Of a stretch of DNA of 44,322 nucleotides, positions 26,655-35,673 are shown piece after piece (position 1 is the stretch's first letter; each line of letters begins with the position of its first letter). The translations under genes were made by a program, and so were the position numbers. Where the stretch lies: positions 1 through 44,322 of the forward strand of contig JAYSWW010000406.1 in assembly GCA_043717805.1 (NCBI GenBank). The letters run 5' to 3'. The notes under the pieces are model-generated. The model saw only the letters and a list, made by a program, of their open reading frames with translations. It searched no databases and had not been told where the DNA came from. This DNA comes from Ferruginibacter sp. Lineage in GTDB: Bacteria; Bacteroidota; Bacteroidia; Chitinophagales; Chitinophagaceae.

Positions 26655-27935
26655 TTATTTGAATTCATAACCGATATCACTCCGGTAATACATATCTTCA
26701 AAATACAATTGCTCCATCATGTAATTGGATAACTCTGCAGCTTCTTTGATATCAGCACCAAAAGCGGTAACTGCAAGGACCCTGCCTGCATTGGTAGTAA
26801 CATTTTCCCCTTGTATAGAAGTGCCTGCATGAAATACCAGGCTGTCTCCCACCCTGCCATCATCAAGGCCGGAAATAATTTTACCTGTCTCATGTTTTCC
26901 CGGGTATCCGCCACTGGCTGCAACAATTGCAACTGCAGACCTGTTATCAATATCCAGTGAAACATCCTGTAATTTTTGTACTGTAACAGCAGCAAATAAT
27001 GATAACAGGTCGTTATTAATCCTGGGAATAACCACTTCGGTTTCCGGATCGCCCAGCCGGCAATTGTATTCAATAACAAATGGTTCACCGTTGTTGATCA
27101 TTAAACCAAAAAAAATAAATCCTTTATAATCCAGCCCGTCTTTCTGAAGTCCTTCTATTGTCGGATCGATGATGGTTGTGATTATTTTTTGTTTCAATGT
27201 GTCATCAAAAAAAGGCAATGGGCTTACAGCTCCCATTCCTCCTGTATTGAGACCTTTATCACCCTCGCCGATCCTTTTATAATCTTTGGCCTCGGGTAAT
27301 AACACATAATACTTTCCGTCGGTTAAAACAAAAACACTCACTTCTATCCCTTCCAGGAAAGATTCTACCACTACCTTATTACCTGCCTGACCGAATTTTG
27401 CCCTGTAAATGATCAGTTCAAATTCTGCAAGTGCTTCCAGGTGACTTTGGCAGATGAGCACACCTTTTCCGGCTGCAAGCCCATCGGCCTTAATAACAAT
27501 GGGCAATGAATGACCCTTTATATAGGCTACTCCTTCCTCATAATTGTCTGCAGTAAATTCTTTATATGCTGCAGTTGGAATCTGGTGCCGGTTCATAAAA
27601 GATTTAGCAAATGCTTTACTCCCTTCTAACTGTGAAGCATTTTTGGAGGGACCGATCACATTAATATTTTTGGTTTCTTCAAACCCTGCAAAAAAATCAA
27701 CGATCCCTTTAACCAATGGCTCTTCCGGTCCAACAATGATCAAATCGATCTTATGATGAACAGCAGCTTCTTTTAATCCTTCGAAATTGGTTATATCAAT
27801 AGGTAAGTTTGTTCCCTCCAAAGCTGTTCCGGCATTTCCGGGAGCTATAAAAAGATCATTGCAAAGAGGGCTTTGTTTTAATTTCCAGGCCAGGGTATGT
27901 TCTCTTCCTCCCGAACCAATAATAAGAATATTCAT
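26655..27935 (-). CDS. purD: Phosphoribosylamine--glycine ligase
   Basis: GSGGREH, APGNAG, VGPEEPL, KADGLAAGKGV, NTGGMGA, EYNCRLGDPE. Confidence 0.97.
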   Translation of the reverse strand: MNILIIGSGGREHTLAWKLKQSPLCNDLFIAPGNAGTALEGTNLPIDITNFEGLKEAAVHHKIDLIIVGPEEPLVKGIVDFFAGFEETKNINVIGPSKNASQLEGSKAFAKSFMNRHQIPTAAYKEFTADNYEEGVAYIKGHSLPIVIKADGLAAGKGVLICQSHLEALAEFELIIYRAKFGQAGNKVVVESFLEGIEVSVFVLTDGKYYVLLPEAKDYKRIGEGDKGLNTGGMGAVSPLPFFDDTLKQKIITTIIDPTIEGLQKDGLDYKGFIFFGLMINNGEPFVIEYNCRLGDPETEVVIPRINNDLLSLFAAVTVQKLQDVSLDIDNRSAVAIVAASGGYPGKHETGKIISGLDDGRVGDSLVFHAGTSIQGENVTTNAGRVLAVTAFGADIKEAAELSNYMMEQLYFEDMYYRSDIGYEFK

Positions 27936-28144
27936 GTATGAATTTCAAAGCGCTTAAAACTTTGAGATGCGAAATTAAAATTATAGTATGTTATTACAGT
28001 AAAATTTTTACCGATGGTACCCTAAAACAAACAAAACTATTAACTTAGTTTTCAAAAAATCAGGCGATTGAATCGCAGGTACTAAAAGAATTTCGCTATT
28101 TTGAGTAATTATATAAAAATTTCAAGCAGAAAAAACCAACTAAT

Positions 28145-29821
28145 ATGAATGAACAAGCAGTAAAACAACAACACCCTAAGGGTTTATGGGTTCTATTTGG
28201 TACCGAAATGTGGGAACGTTTTAATTTTTATGGTATGCGGACCATATTAACTTTATTTATAGTTAATGCACTCATGATGAGTAAAGAGCAATCTTCAATT
28301 ATCTATGGTGGATTTCTTGGCCTTTGTTATTTAACACCAATGCTGGGTGGGTTTATAGCAGATAGATTTTTAGGCAACAGGCTTTGTATCATATTCGGAG
28401 GATTGTTGATGGCAACGGGCCAGATGTTGCTGTTTTTCAGTGCAAGCATATTCAGTTCAAACCTGGAACTGGCAAAGACACTGCTTTATGTTGCGCTGGG
28501 TATTATCATATTGGGAAATGGTTTTTTCAAACCAAATATCTCCAGTATGGTTAGTAACCTTTATCCAAAATCTGAAAGAAATAAACTCGACACTGCTTTT
28601 ACTATTTTTTATATGGGTATTAACCTGGGAGCTTTTCTTGGGCAATTGATTTGTCCTTTATTGGGAGATGTTGTTGATAAAAGCGGTGTGAGAGATATTT
28701 ATGCTTTTAAATGGGGCTATTTAGCGGCTTCAATTGCCATGCTTATTGGTGTATTAACATTTTTTTTATTAAAAGATAAATATGTAGTGACACCTGAGGG
28801 CAGGGCTATTGGTGGCCTTCCTTCAAAAAATGATTCTTCAGATTATGAAGAAGGTGAATCACAAAAAGCTACTTTTTCTTCAAAGGCACTCGCTATAGCT
28901 GTTGCTGCTTTTGTCGGATTAGGTCTTACTTTCTTTTATGTTGCAGGACAAAATGTAATTTATTCCATTATTTATGCAAGTGGTATTACACTAGCTGGTT
29001 TGATAATTTCTGATGGATCCATTACTAAGATCGAACGCGACAGAATATTAGTGATTTATATTGTCTCATTTTTTATTATATTCTTTTGGGCCGCATTTGA
29101 ACAGGCAGGATCATCCTTAACCTTTATTGCAGACAACCAGACTGACAGGAACTTTTTTGGTTGGAATATGCCACCTTCAATGGTTCAGATTTTCAATGGC
29201 ATTTTTGTAGTTGCTTTTGCTGTACCATTCAGTATTTTGTGGGATAAATTAAGGGCAAAGAACAGGGAACCCATTTCCCCCATGAAACAAGCAATGGGAT
29301 TGGCATTGATAGCCTTGAGTTATTTTATTATTGCGAACAATGTTAAAGATTTAGGAAACTCAGGATTGTTGGCTGTACATTGGTTGATCCTGCTCTACCT
29401 GATACAAACTTTTGGTGAGCTTTGTTTATCGCCTATCGGACTTTCATTGGTTGGTAAACTATCACCAAAAAGGTTTTCTTCTTTACTTTATGGTGTATTC
29501 TTTTTGTCCAATGCATCTGGCTATGCTTTAGCCGGAACATTGGGTTCAATTTTGCCTGCTACAGGTGAGCAGTTTACCAAAGCTAAAGAATTAGGCATTG
29601 ATTTACAGGCAGTACTTGATAAAACAACTACACCAACGGCGGAACAAATAAAGCTATTGGCAGAAAATAAGATCAGGGATTATAATCCAATTTTTGCAGG
29701 TTTCACCATTCACAATTTATATGAATTTTTTATGGTCTTTGTTGCATTGTGCGGAATTGCATCTGTCCTTTTATTCCTTCTTACTCCAAAATTGAAAAAA
29801 ATGATGCATGGAATAAGATAA
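28145..29821 (+). CDS. POT/PTR family proton-dependent oligopeptide transporter
   Basis: EMWERFNFYGMR, GFFKPN, FYMGINLGA, GELCLSPIGLS. Confidence 0.94.
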   Translation: MNEQAVKQQHPKGLWVLFGTEMWERFNFYGMRTILTLFIVNALMMSKEQSSIIYGGFLGLCYLTPMLGGFIADRFLGNRLCIIFGGLLMATGQMLLFFSASIFSSNLELAKTLLYVALGIIILGNGFFKPNISSMVSNLYPKSERNKLDTAFTIFYMGINLGAFLGQLICPLLGDVVDKSGVRDIYAFKWGYLAASIAMLIGVLTFFLLKDKYVVTPEGRAIGGLPSKNDSSDYEEGESQKATFSSKALAIAVAAFVGLGLTFFYVAGQNVIYSIIYASGITLAGLIISDGSITKIERDRILVIYIVSFFIIFFWAAFEQAGSSLTFIADNQTDRNFFGWNMPPSMVQIFNGIFVVAFAVPFSILWDKLRAKNREPISPMKQAMGLALIALSYFIIANNVKDLGNSGLLAVHWLILLYLIQTFGELCLSPIGLSLVGKLSPKRFSSLLYGVFFLSNASGYALAGTLGSILPATGEQFTKAKELGIDLQAVLDKTTTPTAEQIKLLAENKIRDYNPIFAGFTIHNLYEFFMVFVALCGIASVLLFLLTPKLKKMMHGIR

Positions 29822-29836
29822 GATCATTCAAAAATT

Positions 29837-29870
29837 ATTAAAAAGGCGATCAATTGGTCGCCTTTTTAAT
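29837..29870 (+). terminator. Intrinsic terminator-like hairpin between the two POT genes
   Basis: ATTAAAAAGGCGATC-aatt-GGTCGCCTTTTTAAT. Confidence 0.75.
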
Positions 29871-29896
29871 TAACTTAATGTCATAAAATCATAAGT

Positions 29897-31534
29897 ATGA
29901 GTCATCCTTCAAAACACCCAAAGGCGTTGCCATTTTTATTCTTCTCAGAAATGTGGGAGCGGTTTGGTTATTACCTGATGATCGGAATTTTTTTATTGTA
30001 CCTGAAAAATGTTGAGCATGGTTTTGCAATGAGCAATACAGAAGCTTCTGATCTGTATGGAACTTTTATTGCTTTGGTATTTCTTACTCCCTTCATTGGT
30101 GGTTTGCTTGCAGACAGGTATTTTGGTTACAAAAGATCCATTATTGCCGGCGGGTTAATGATGGGTGCGGGATATTGCTTGATGGCAGTACACAGTTTGC
30201 CCATGCTTTACCTGTCTATGGCCCTGGTGATCTTTGGCAATGGTTTTTTCAAGCCCAATATCTCAACATTACTGGGTAATTTATATTCTACACCTGAATT
30301 TGAAAAAAGAAAAGATGAAGGCTATAATATTTTTTACATGGGCATCAATGTTGGAGCATTCATATGTAATTTTTTCAGCGCCGCCATCATCATCATATGG
30401 GGTTGGAAATATGCTTTTGTTGCAGCAGGTGTTGGTATGTTCCTGGGCGTACTCATATTTATGTCGGGTACCAGGCATTATGCCTCCGGTGATATCAGAA
30501 AGCCCATGTCAAAAGAAGACATGCCTTTTTCAAAGATCGTATTAACGATCTTTATTCCAGCGATCATTGCGGGAATCATAGGCTGGATCATACCAAAAAA
30601 TATTTTCGGTTCCGATAGTACCGACGCCTTCATCTTTGCCTGTATCCCTGTGATCTATTTTTATTCTTCACTTTATTTCCGGGCAGAAGCATCTGAAAAA
30701 AGACCTATAGCTGCACTGTTAGCCATATTTGCTGCTGTTGTTTTGTTTTGGGCTGTTTTCAAGCAAAATGGTACTGCGCTTACAATCTGGGCAGATAATT
30801 ATACCAACAGGCAGGTGAATGGCACCACTGCTGATGTTTTCAAAAGCCTGAAACAGGCAGAAGATGTTACTTATAAAAAGGATTCTGTGAATTTATATGA
30901 TGGGTTGTTCAGGTTGCAAAAAAAAGATGGGAAGGTCATTAAAGAATTTAATTACCCGGTTTACTTTAAAAACGTACAACCTGAAAGCTTACCTGCAGAT
31001 GGAGGAAAAGCAACTTTATGGTCAACACCCATCAGCCAGTCTATTAACCCCGGTTGGGTAATTTTGCTGACACCACTGGTGGTTGCTTTCTTTTCATTTT
31101 TAAGAAGAAAAAACAAAGAACCTTCCACTGCTACAAAAATTTCTTTTGGTTTATTCATCTCAGCATTATCAGTTTTAGTGATGGTTGCTGCTGTTTACAT
31201 ATCAGGCAATGGCGCAGAAAAAGCAAGTGTGTGGTGGCTGATGGGTACTTATGGCGTGATCACCATCGGGGAGTTGTTATTAAGCCCGATGGGGTTATCG
31301 CTTGTTTCAAAACTGAGCCCCGTACGATTGACTTCTTTGATGATGGGTGGATGGTTCCTGGCAACTTCTATCGGAAATAAATTATCAGGTTTACTTGCTA
31401 CCATGTGGGATGGTTATGAACAAAAGGCTAATTTCTTTTGGGTGAATTTTGTGCTATTAATGATTGCCACTTTCATCATTTTTTCTATGTTGAAATGGTT
31501 AAACAGGATCATGAAAGAGAAAGGAGTAAAATAA
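29897..31534 (+). CDS. POT/PTR family oligopeptide transporter (second paralog)
   Basis: EMWERFGYY, GFFKPN, FYMGINVGA, GELLLSPMGLS. Confidence 0.94.
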   Translation: MSHPSKHPKALPFLFFSEMWERFGYYLMIGIFLLYLKNVEHGFAMSNTEASDLYGTFIALVFLTPFIGGLLADRYFGYKRSIIAGGLMMGAGYCLMAVHSLPMLYLSMALVIFGNGFFKPNISTLLGNLYSTPEFEKRKDEGYNIFYMGINVGAFICNFFSAAIIIIWGWKYAFVAAGVGMFLGVLIFMSGTRHYASGDIRKPMSKEDMPFSKIVLTIFIPAIIAGIIGWIIPKNIFGSDSTDAFIFACIPVIYFYSSLYFRAEASEKRPIAALLAIFAAVVLFWAVFKQNGTALTIWADNYTNRQVNGTTADVFKSLKQAEDVTYKKDSVNLYDGLFRLQKKDGKVIKEFNYPVYFKNVQPESLPADGGKATLWSTPISQSINPGWVILLTPLVVAFFSFLRRKNKEPSTATKISFGLFISALSVLVMVAAVYISGNGAEKASVWWLMGTYGVITIGELLLSPMGLSLVSKLSPVRLTSLMMGGWFLATSIGNKLSGLLATMWDGYEQKANFFWVNFVLLMIATFIIFSMLKWLNRIMKEKGVK

Positions 31535-31553
31535 AAGCGGTTGGAAGTTATAT

Positions 31554-31621
31554 ATTAGCGTTAGCTGTTTTATTTTAGCATTTAGCCACTAGATGTTAGC
31601 GTTTATCCGTAACCTGTTAGT
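31554..31621. repeat. TTAGC-type short repeat array between convergent genes
   Basis: ATTAGCG TTAGCTG ... TTTAGCA TTTAGCC ACTAGAT GTTAGCG TTTATCC. Confidence 0.5.
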
Positions 31622-32815
31622 CTATATGAACTTTAAATAGTCATACTGTTTACCCAGTATCGCTTTATCATCGGTAACCAGCCATTTGTTCAGTACCGTT
31701 GCATAAACATTTTTAAAATCAACTTTGTGTTTCAGGTCTCCGTCGTTCAGGTCTGTGAGATCGGGTAATGCATTCAACATACCTTTTTCTTTTAACCCTC
31801 CGCTGATGAAGAACATATTATTAGCGGTGCCATGATCGGTTCCATTGCTTCCATTCTGCGAAACCCTCCTGCCGAATTCAGAAAATGTCATCATCAATAC
31901 ATCCTGGAAACGGTTGTTTTTTTTCAGGTCATTAGTAAATGCTTTTACCGCATCATTCAATTCTGTGAACAATTTTTTTTGCTGTGCTTCCTGGTTTACA
32001 TGGGTATCAAAACTCCCCAGCGAAACATAATATACTTTGGTATTGATATCAGACTGAATAAGTGTTGAAATGGTTTTCAGGTTTTTCCCCAGGTCTGTAT
32101 CCGGATAAGTTGCTGATGAAGGATGTAATTTGCTTTGTTGAAAAATATAATCTGCACTGCTCAAAGTATTTCCCATTGTTTTATACAGGTAATCAACGGT
32201 TTCTTCTGTAGCATGATGTGATGAATTGATCTCTTTGTAAAACTTTTCATTGCTGCTGCTGTAAAGACGCCGGGGATCTTTAAATGCAAGTCCGGAATGC
32301 TCATTGCCTTTTAATGCAAGACTAAGTACATCATCAATTTCCAATGCTTGTGTAGGTTTGTCACACCCCTTGCATTGTGCATCTAAATAGCGCCCAAGCC
32401 AGCCTGTACTTACATAATCATTGCTATCACTGGCGCTCTGCCAGATATCCATGCTGCGGAAATGCGACCTGTCAGGATTCGGGTAACCTACACTGTTGAG
32501 TATGGCAAGACTTCCTTCATCATACAATCCTTTGAAACTTTCCAAAGAAGGATTCAGACCAACTTCATCAGTCAATATAACAGCTTTGTCTTTTCCAATA
32601 CCTAGTTTTGGGCGTTCTTTGTAGTAAATATCATTGGTTACAGGTATTACAGTATTCAACCCGTCATTGCCGCCACTGAACTGTATCACTACAACCACTT
32701 TATTGCCCTGCGGTACCATCATTGGCTTTTCAAAGGCTTTTAAAAATTGGGGAAGCATCATCGATGCTGTTGCCAGTGAACCTAATTGAATGAATTCTTT
32801 GCGTTTGATGACCAT
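31622..32815 (-). CDS. DUF1501 domain protein (Tat-like signal)
   Basis: QFSGGNDGLN, YPNPDRSHFRSMDIWQS, GSFDTH, FSEFGRR, GTDHG. Confidence 0.9.
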   Translation of the reverse strand: MVIKRKEFIQLGSLATASMMLPQFLKAFEKPMMVPQGNKVVVVIQFSGGNDGLNTVIPVTNDIYYKERPKLGIGKDKAVILTDEVGLNPSLESFKGLYDEGSLAILNSVGYPNPDRSHFRSMDIWQSASDSNDYVSTGWLGRYLDAQCKGCDKPTQALEIDDVLSLALKGNEHSGLAFKDPRRLYSSSNEKFYKEINSSHHATEETVDYLYKTMGNTLSSADYIFQQSKLHPSSATYPDTDLGKNLKTISTLIQSDINTKVYYVSLGSFDTHVNQEAQQKKLFTELNDAVKAFTNDLKKNNRFQDVLMMTFSEFGRRVSQNGSNGTDHGTANNMFFISGGLKEKGMLNALPDLTDLNDGDLKHKVDFKNVYATVLNKWLVTDDKAILGKQYDYLKFI

Positions 32816-32816
32816 A

Positions 32817-33042
32817 AGAAAGCTTTTAGATATAAGCCTTTAGCTATTAGCAGAACATGTTTATATTGCTTGCATTGTTGAACTAAAGAACTTAATTATT
32901 AATTTTTAAGAAAGCCGTTAGCCTTAAGCTATTAGCAAAAAAAATTTTATTGTTTGCAGTCAATAACTAAAGAAATGTATTCTGTCAATTTCCATCTGTT
33001 GTATTTGCTATCGGCTAACAGCTAATTGCTAACAGCTAACCG
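32817..33042. repeat. Intergenic element: duplicated ~85-bp unit with TTAGC heptamers plus an inverted GCTAA heptamer array
   Basis: GCTATTAGCA at 32843 and 32928; AACTAAAGAA at 32881 and 32965; GCTATCG GCTAACA GCTAATT GCTAACA GCTAACC at 33007-33041. Confidence 0.7.
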
Positions 33043-33047
33043 CCGCC

Positions 33048-34505
33048 TCAACACAATTGATATTCCGGCGTACTCATCAAATTCACAAACGTACTTTTGA
33101 TAAAATTCTCCCTGCTTTCTGCATTGACATACTTATCCAGAATGGCTGAAGGTATGCGGCTGCCAGTCTGCAAAACCGTATCCGCGATCTTTTTTGCCAG
33201 GTCATCTCTTTTTGTGCTTTCGAAAATTTTATTCACTGTTGCCCAGTCAATTGAAGCAGCACCGCCCCTATCGGCATATACTTTGTTCTTTTTTATCCGG
33301 ATCTTTTCTTCCATCATTTGGCCCATGTTTAAATCGTCATCTGTTTTGGGACGAATGCTGAGCGATTCTTTTGATGTAAATACCTGTGGTATCTGCAATC
33401 GAAGCATAAGGGTACTGCTGTCTATCCAGTTTCTTCCACCGGGCCAACCGGCAACATTGGGAGGAAAAAATAATATCTGCCCCAATAATCTTTGAAATAA
33501 TAATTGCGAATCATCATTGTCTAACTGAAGTGGCAACAACCTGCGGATACCTGCAAGCAATTCGATGGGTGATTTTATTTTTGAGCCGATATTTTTCTGA
33601 TCATAAAACCAATCTGCAGTAAATATATCTTCCAGTAATTTTGTTACATTATAGTTGTTGCTGTAAAATCTTTTGCTGAGCCATTGCAATTTCACTTCAT
33701 CAACAGTTTCATTTACGAAATACCGATAGATCTTTTTGCTGATATAATAAGCAGTTTGTTGTTGCTCCAGTAAAATGTTCAGTATATCATCGCCGGTGAA
33801 ATTACCTGTCTTTCCCAGGAATGTTTTGCTGCCATCATCATGCTGAAATTTTCTGAACACGAATTCTCCCTGTAAATTAAAACCCCATCCTGTGAAAGCC
33901 CTTGCTGCTTCTTTTACATCATTCTCGGTATAATTACCACGTCCCATGGTAAATAATTCCATTACTTCCCGTGCAAAATTTTCATTGGGACTGGATTTTT
34001 TGTTTTGCTGGTTGTTTAAAAACTGCAGCATAGAAGCTGATTTGCTGATCGCTTTCAGCATTTCACCAAAATTACCCAGCGCATTGGTTCGTATGGTATG
34101 AAGCATTTCCTGTTGAAAATAACTGTTGATCACCCTGCAGGCAAAATGGCCATGCCAGAAAAGGCTCATCTTTTCCCGCAACTGAGCTTCGCTGTTTATC
34201 ATTTCATCGAGCCATCGTATGTTAAGTACTTTTAAGTCATCCCTGGATTGCACCCTGATCTTTCTTCTTTGTTCCGGATCAGCGAGGGTTTTCTGCATAT
34301 CACCCTGATCTTTTATTTGCTGATAAATTTCTAAAAGTTTTTGTGAAACATCAATCTTTGTAACAGGTTTTGAAGATGTTTTTAATAAGAGTTGCCATAA
34401 ATCTTTTTGTGAAGTAGTATCTAATGCGGCTGCCTGTTCTGCCATGGGGCCAAACGCTGCACGCCATAGCAGGTGTTGATTTTTTAAACGATTGGAGATT
34501 ACCAT
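33048..34505 (-). CDS. DUF1800 domain protein
   Basis: HLLWRAAFG, LREKMSLFWHGHFA, PNENFAREVMELFTMG, EAARAFTGW, PPNVAGW; upstream of DUF1501. Confidence 0.9.
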   Translation of the reverse strand: MVISNRLKNQHLLWRAAFGPMAEQAAALDTTSQKDLWQLLLKTSSKPVTKIDVSQKLLEIYQQIKDQGDMQKTLADPEQRRKIRVQSRDDLKVLNIRWLDEMINSEAQLREKMSLFWHGHFACRVINSYFQQEMLHTIRTNALGNFGEMLKAISKSASMLQFLNNQQNKKSSPNENFAREVMELFTMGRGNYTENDVKEAARAFTGWGFNLQGEFVFRKFQHDDGSKTFLGKTGNFTGDDILNILLEQQQTAYYISKKIYRYFVNETVDEVKLQWLSKRFYSNNYNVTKLLEDIFTADWFYDQKNIGSKIKSPIELLAGIRRLLPLQLDNDDSQLLFQRLLGQILFFPPNVAGWPGGRNWIDSSTLMLRLQIPQVFTSKESLSIRPKTDDDLNMGQMMEEKIRIKKNKVYADRGGAASIDWATVNKIFESTKRDDLAKKIADTVLQTGSRIPSAILDKYVNAESRENFIKSTFVNLMSTPEYQLC

Positions 34506-34583
34506 AATAAATTAAGGTGAAAATTAACTAAATTAAGACAGGTATAAATACATTTGGTTTAATCTTAAACAAAAAATAAATAA

Positions 34584-34620
34584 CAGGGATTATGGCTAAA
34601 TTTGTTCAGCAAAATCCCTG
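34584..34620 (+). promoter_or_regulatory. alkB promoter -7 element enclosed in an inverted repeat
   Basis: TAAATTTG at 34597-34604 flanked by CAGGGATT (34584-34591) and AATCCCTG (34613-34620). Confidence 0.5.
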
Positions 34621-34629
34621 ATCTTAAAT

Positions 34630-35670
34630 ATGCAGATTAAAGTTTTCAAATATCTATCTCCCATAAGCATTTACCTGATGGCGCTGATCGCATTTTCATC
34701 ACAGGGATGGCAAACCTGGCTTCCCATGATGTATGCATGGGTTTTATTACCGATCACCGAACTCTTTATGAAACCTGATGAAACCAATATGGAGGCTGCA
34801 GAAGAAGAAATGGCCCGAAAAAACAGTTGGTACGATTATATGTTATACATCATCGTGGTTTGCCAATATGCAATCCTTTTTTATTTTTTACTTTCTATGA
34901 GACAAACGGGGTTGGCATGGTGGGAGATCACCGGAAGGATTTTCAGCATGGGATTGTTATGCGGAACTTTTGGAATAAATGTTGCCCATGAACTTGGCCA
35001 CCGGGTAAATAAATTTGAACAAATACTTGCCAAGTCGTTGCTGGCAACCTCACTTTATATTCATTTTTTTATTGAACACAACAAGGGGCATCATAAAAAT
35101 GTAGCCACGCCCGAAGATCCCAGTTCGGCAAGATTTAATGAGCCTGTTTATTTTTTTTATTTCCGAACGATCATTTTATCATACATCTCTGCTTGGAAAA
35201 TTGCAAACAGTGATTGCAGTAAAAAAAACTTATCTCCCTTCAGTATTCAAAATGAAATGATACAGGCACATATTATTCAAATTGTACTTATTGGTATAAT
35301 ATTTTTTTTCTTTGGATGGCTGATCTGCCTCTATTTTATTGCAGCAGCTTTTATAGGCATCGCTTTGTTGGAAACAGTCAATTACATTGAACATTATGGA
35401 TTGCAAAGAAATCAAACCGAAGCTGGTAAATACGAAAGAACCATGCCCCGGCATAGCTGGAACAGCAATCATACATTGGGCAGAATCATGCTTTTTGAAC
35501 TCAGCCGCCACAGCGACCATCATTACCAGGCAAGCCGGAAATATCAAATACTCAAACACCATGAAGATGCACCACAATTGCCAACCGGTTATCCCGGCAG
35601 CATGATACTGGCAATGATACCACCTTTATGGTTTTTTGTTATGAATAAGAAGGTTAAAGCATTGCATTAA
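34630..35670 (+). CDS. alkB: Alkane 1-monooxygenase (membrane di-iron hydroxylase)
   Basis: His boxes HELGHR, EHNKGHH, NYIEHYGL, LSRHSDHH; C-terminal PQLPTGYP. Confidence 0.9.
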   Translation: MQIKVFKYLSPISIYLMALIAFSSQGWQTWLPMMYAWVLLPITELFMKPDETNMEAAEEEMARKNSWYDYMLYIIVVCQYAILFYFLLSMRQTGLAWWEITGRIFSMGLLCGTFGINVAHELGHRVNKFEQILAKSLLATSLYIHFFIEHNKGHHKNVATPEDPSSARFNEPVYFFYFRTIILSYISAWKIANSDCSKKNLSPFSIQNEMIQAHIIQIVLIGIIFFFFGWLICLYFIAAAFIGIALLETVNYIEHYGLQRNQTEAGKYERTMPRHSWNSNHTLGRIMLFELSRHSDHHYQASRKYQILKHHEDAPQLPTGYPGSMILAMIPPLWFFVMNKKVKALH

Positions 35671-35673
35671 AAA

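Noticed and set aside
32817-33042. CRISPR array
   Set aside because: Repeats are 7-bp degenerate units or a two-copy duplication, with no constant 23-47 bp repeat, unique spacers or cas genes
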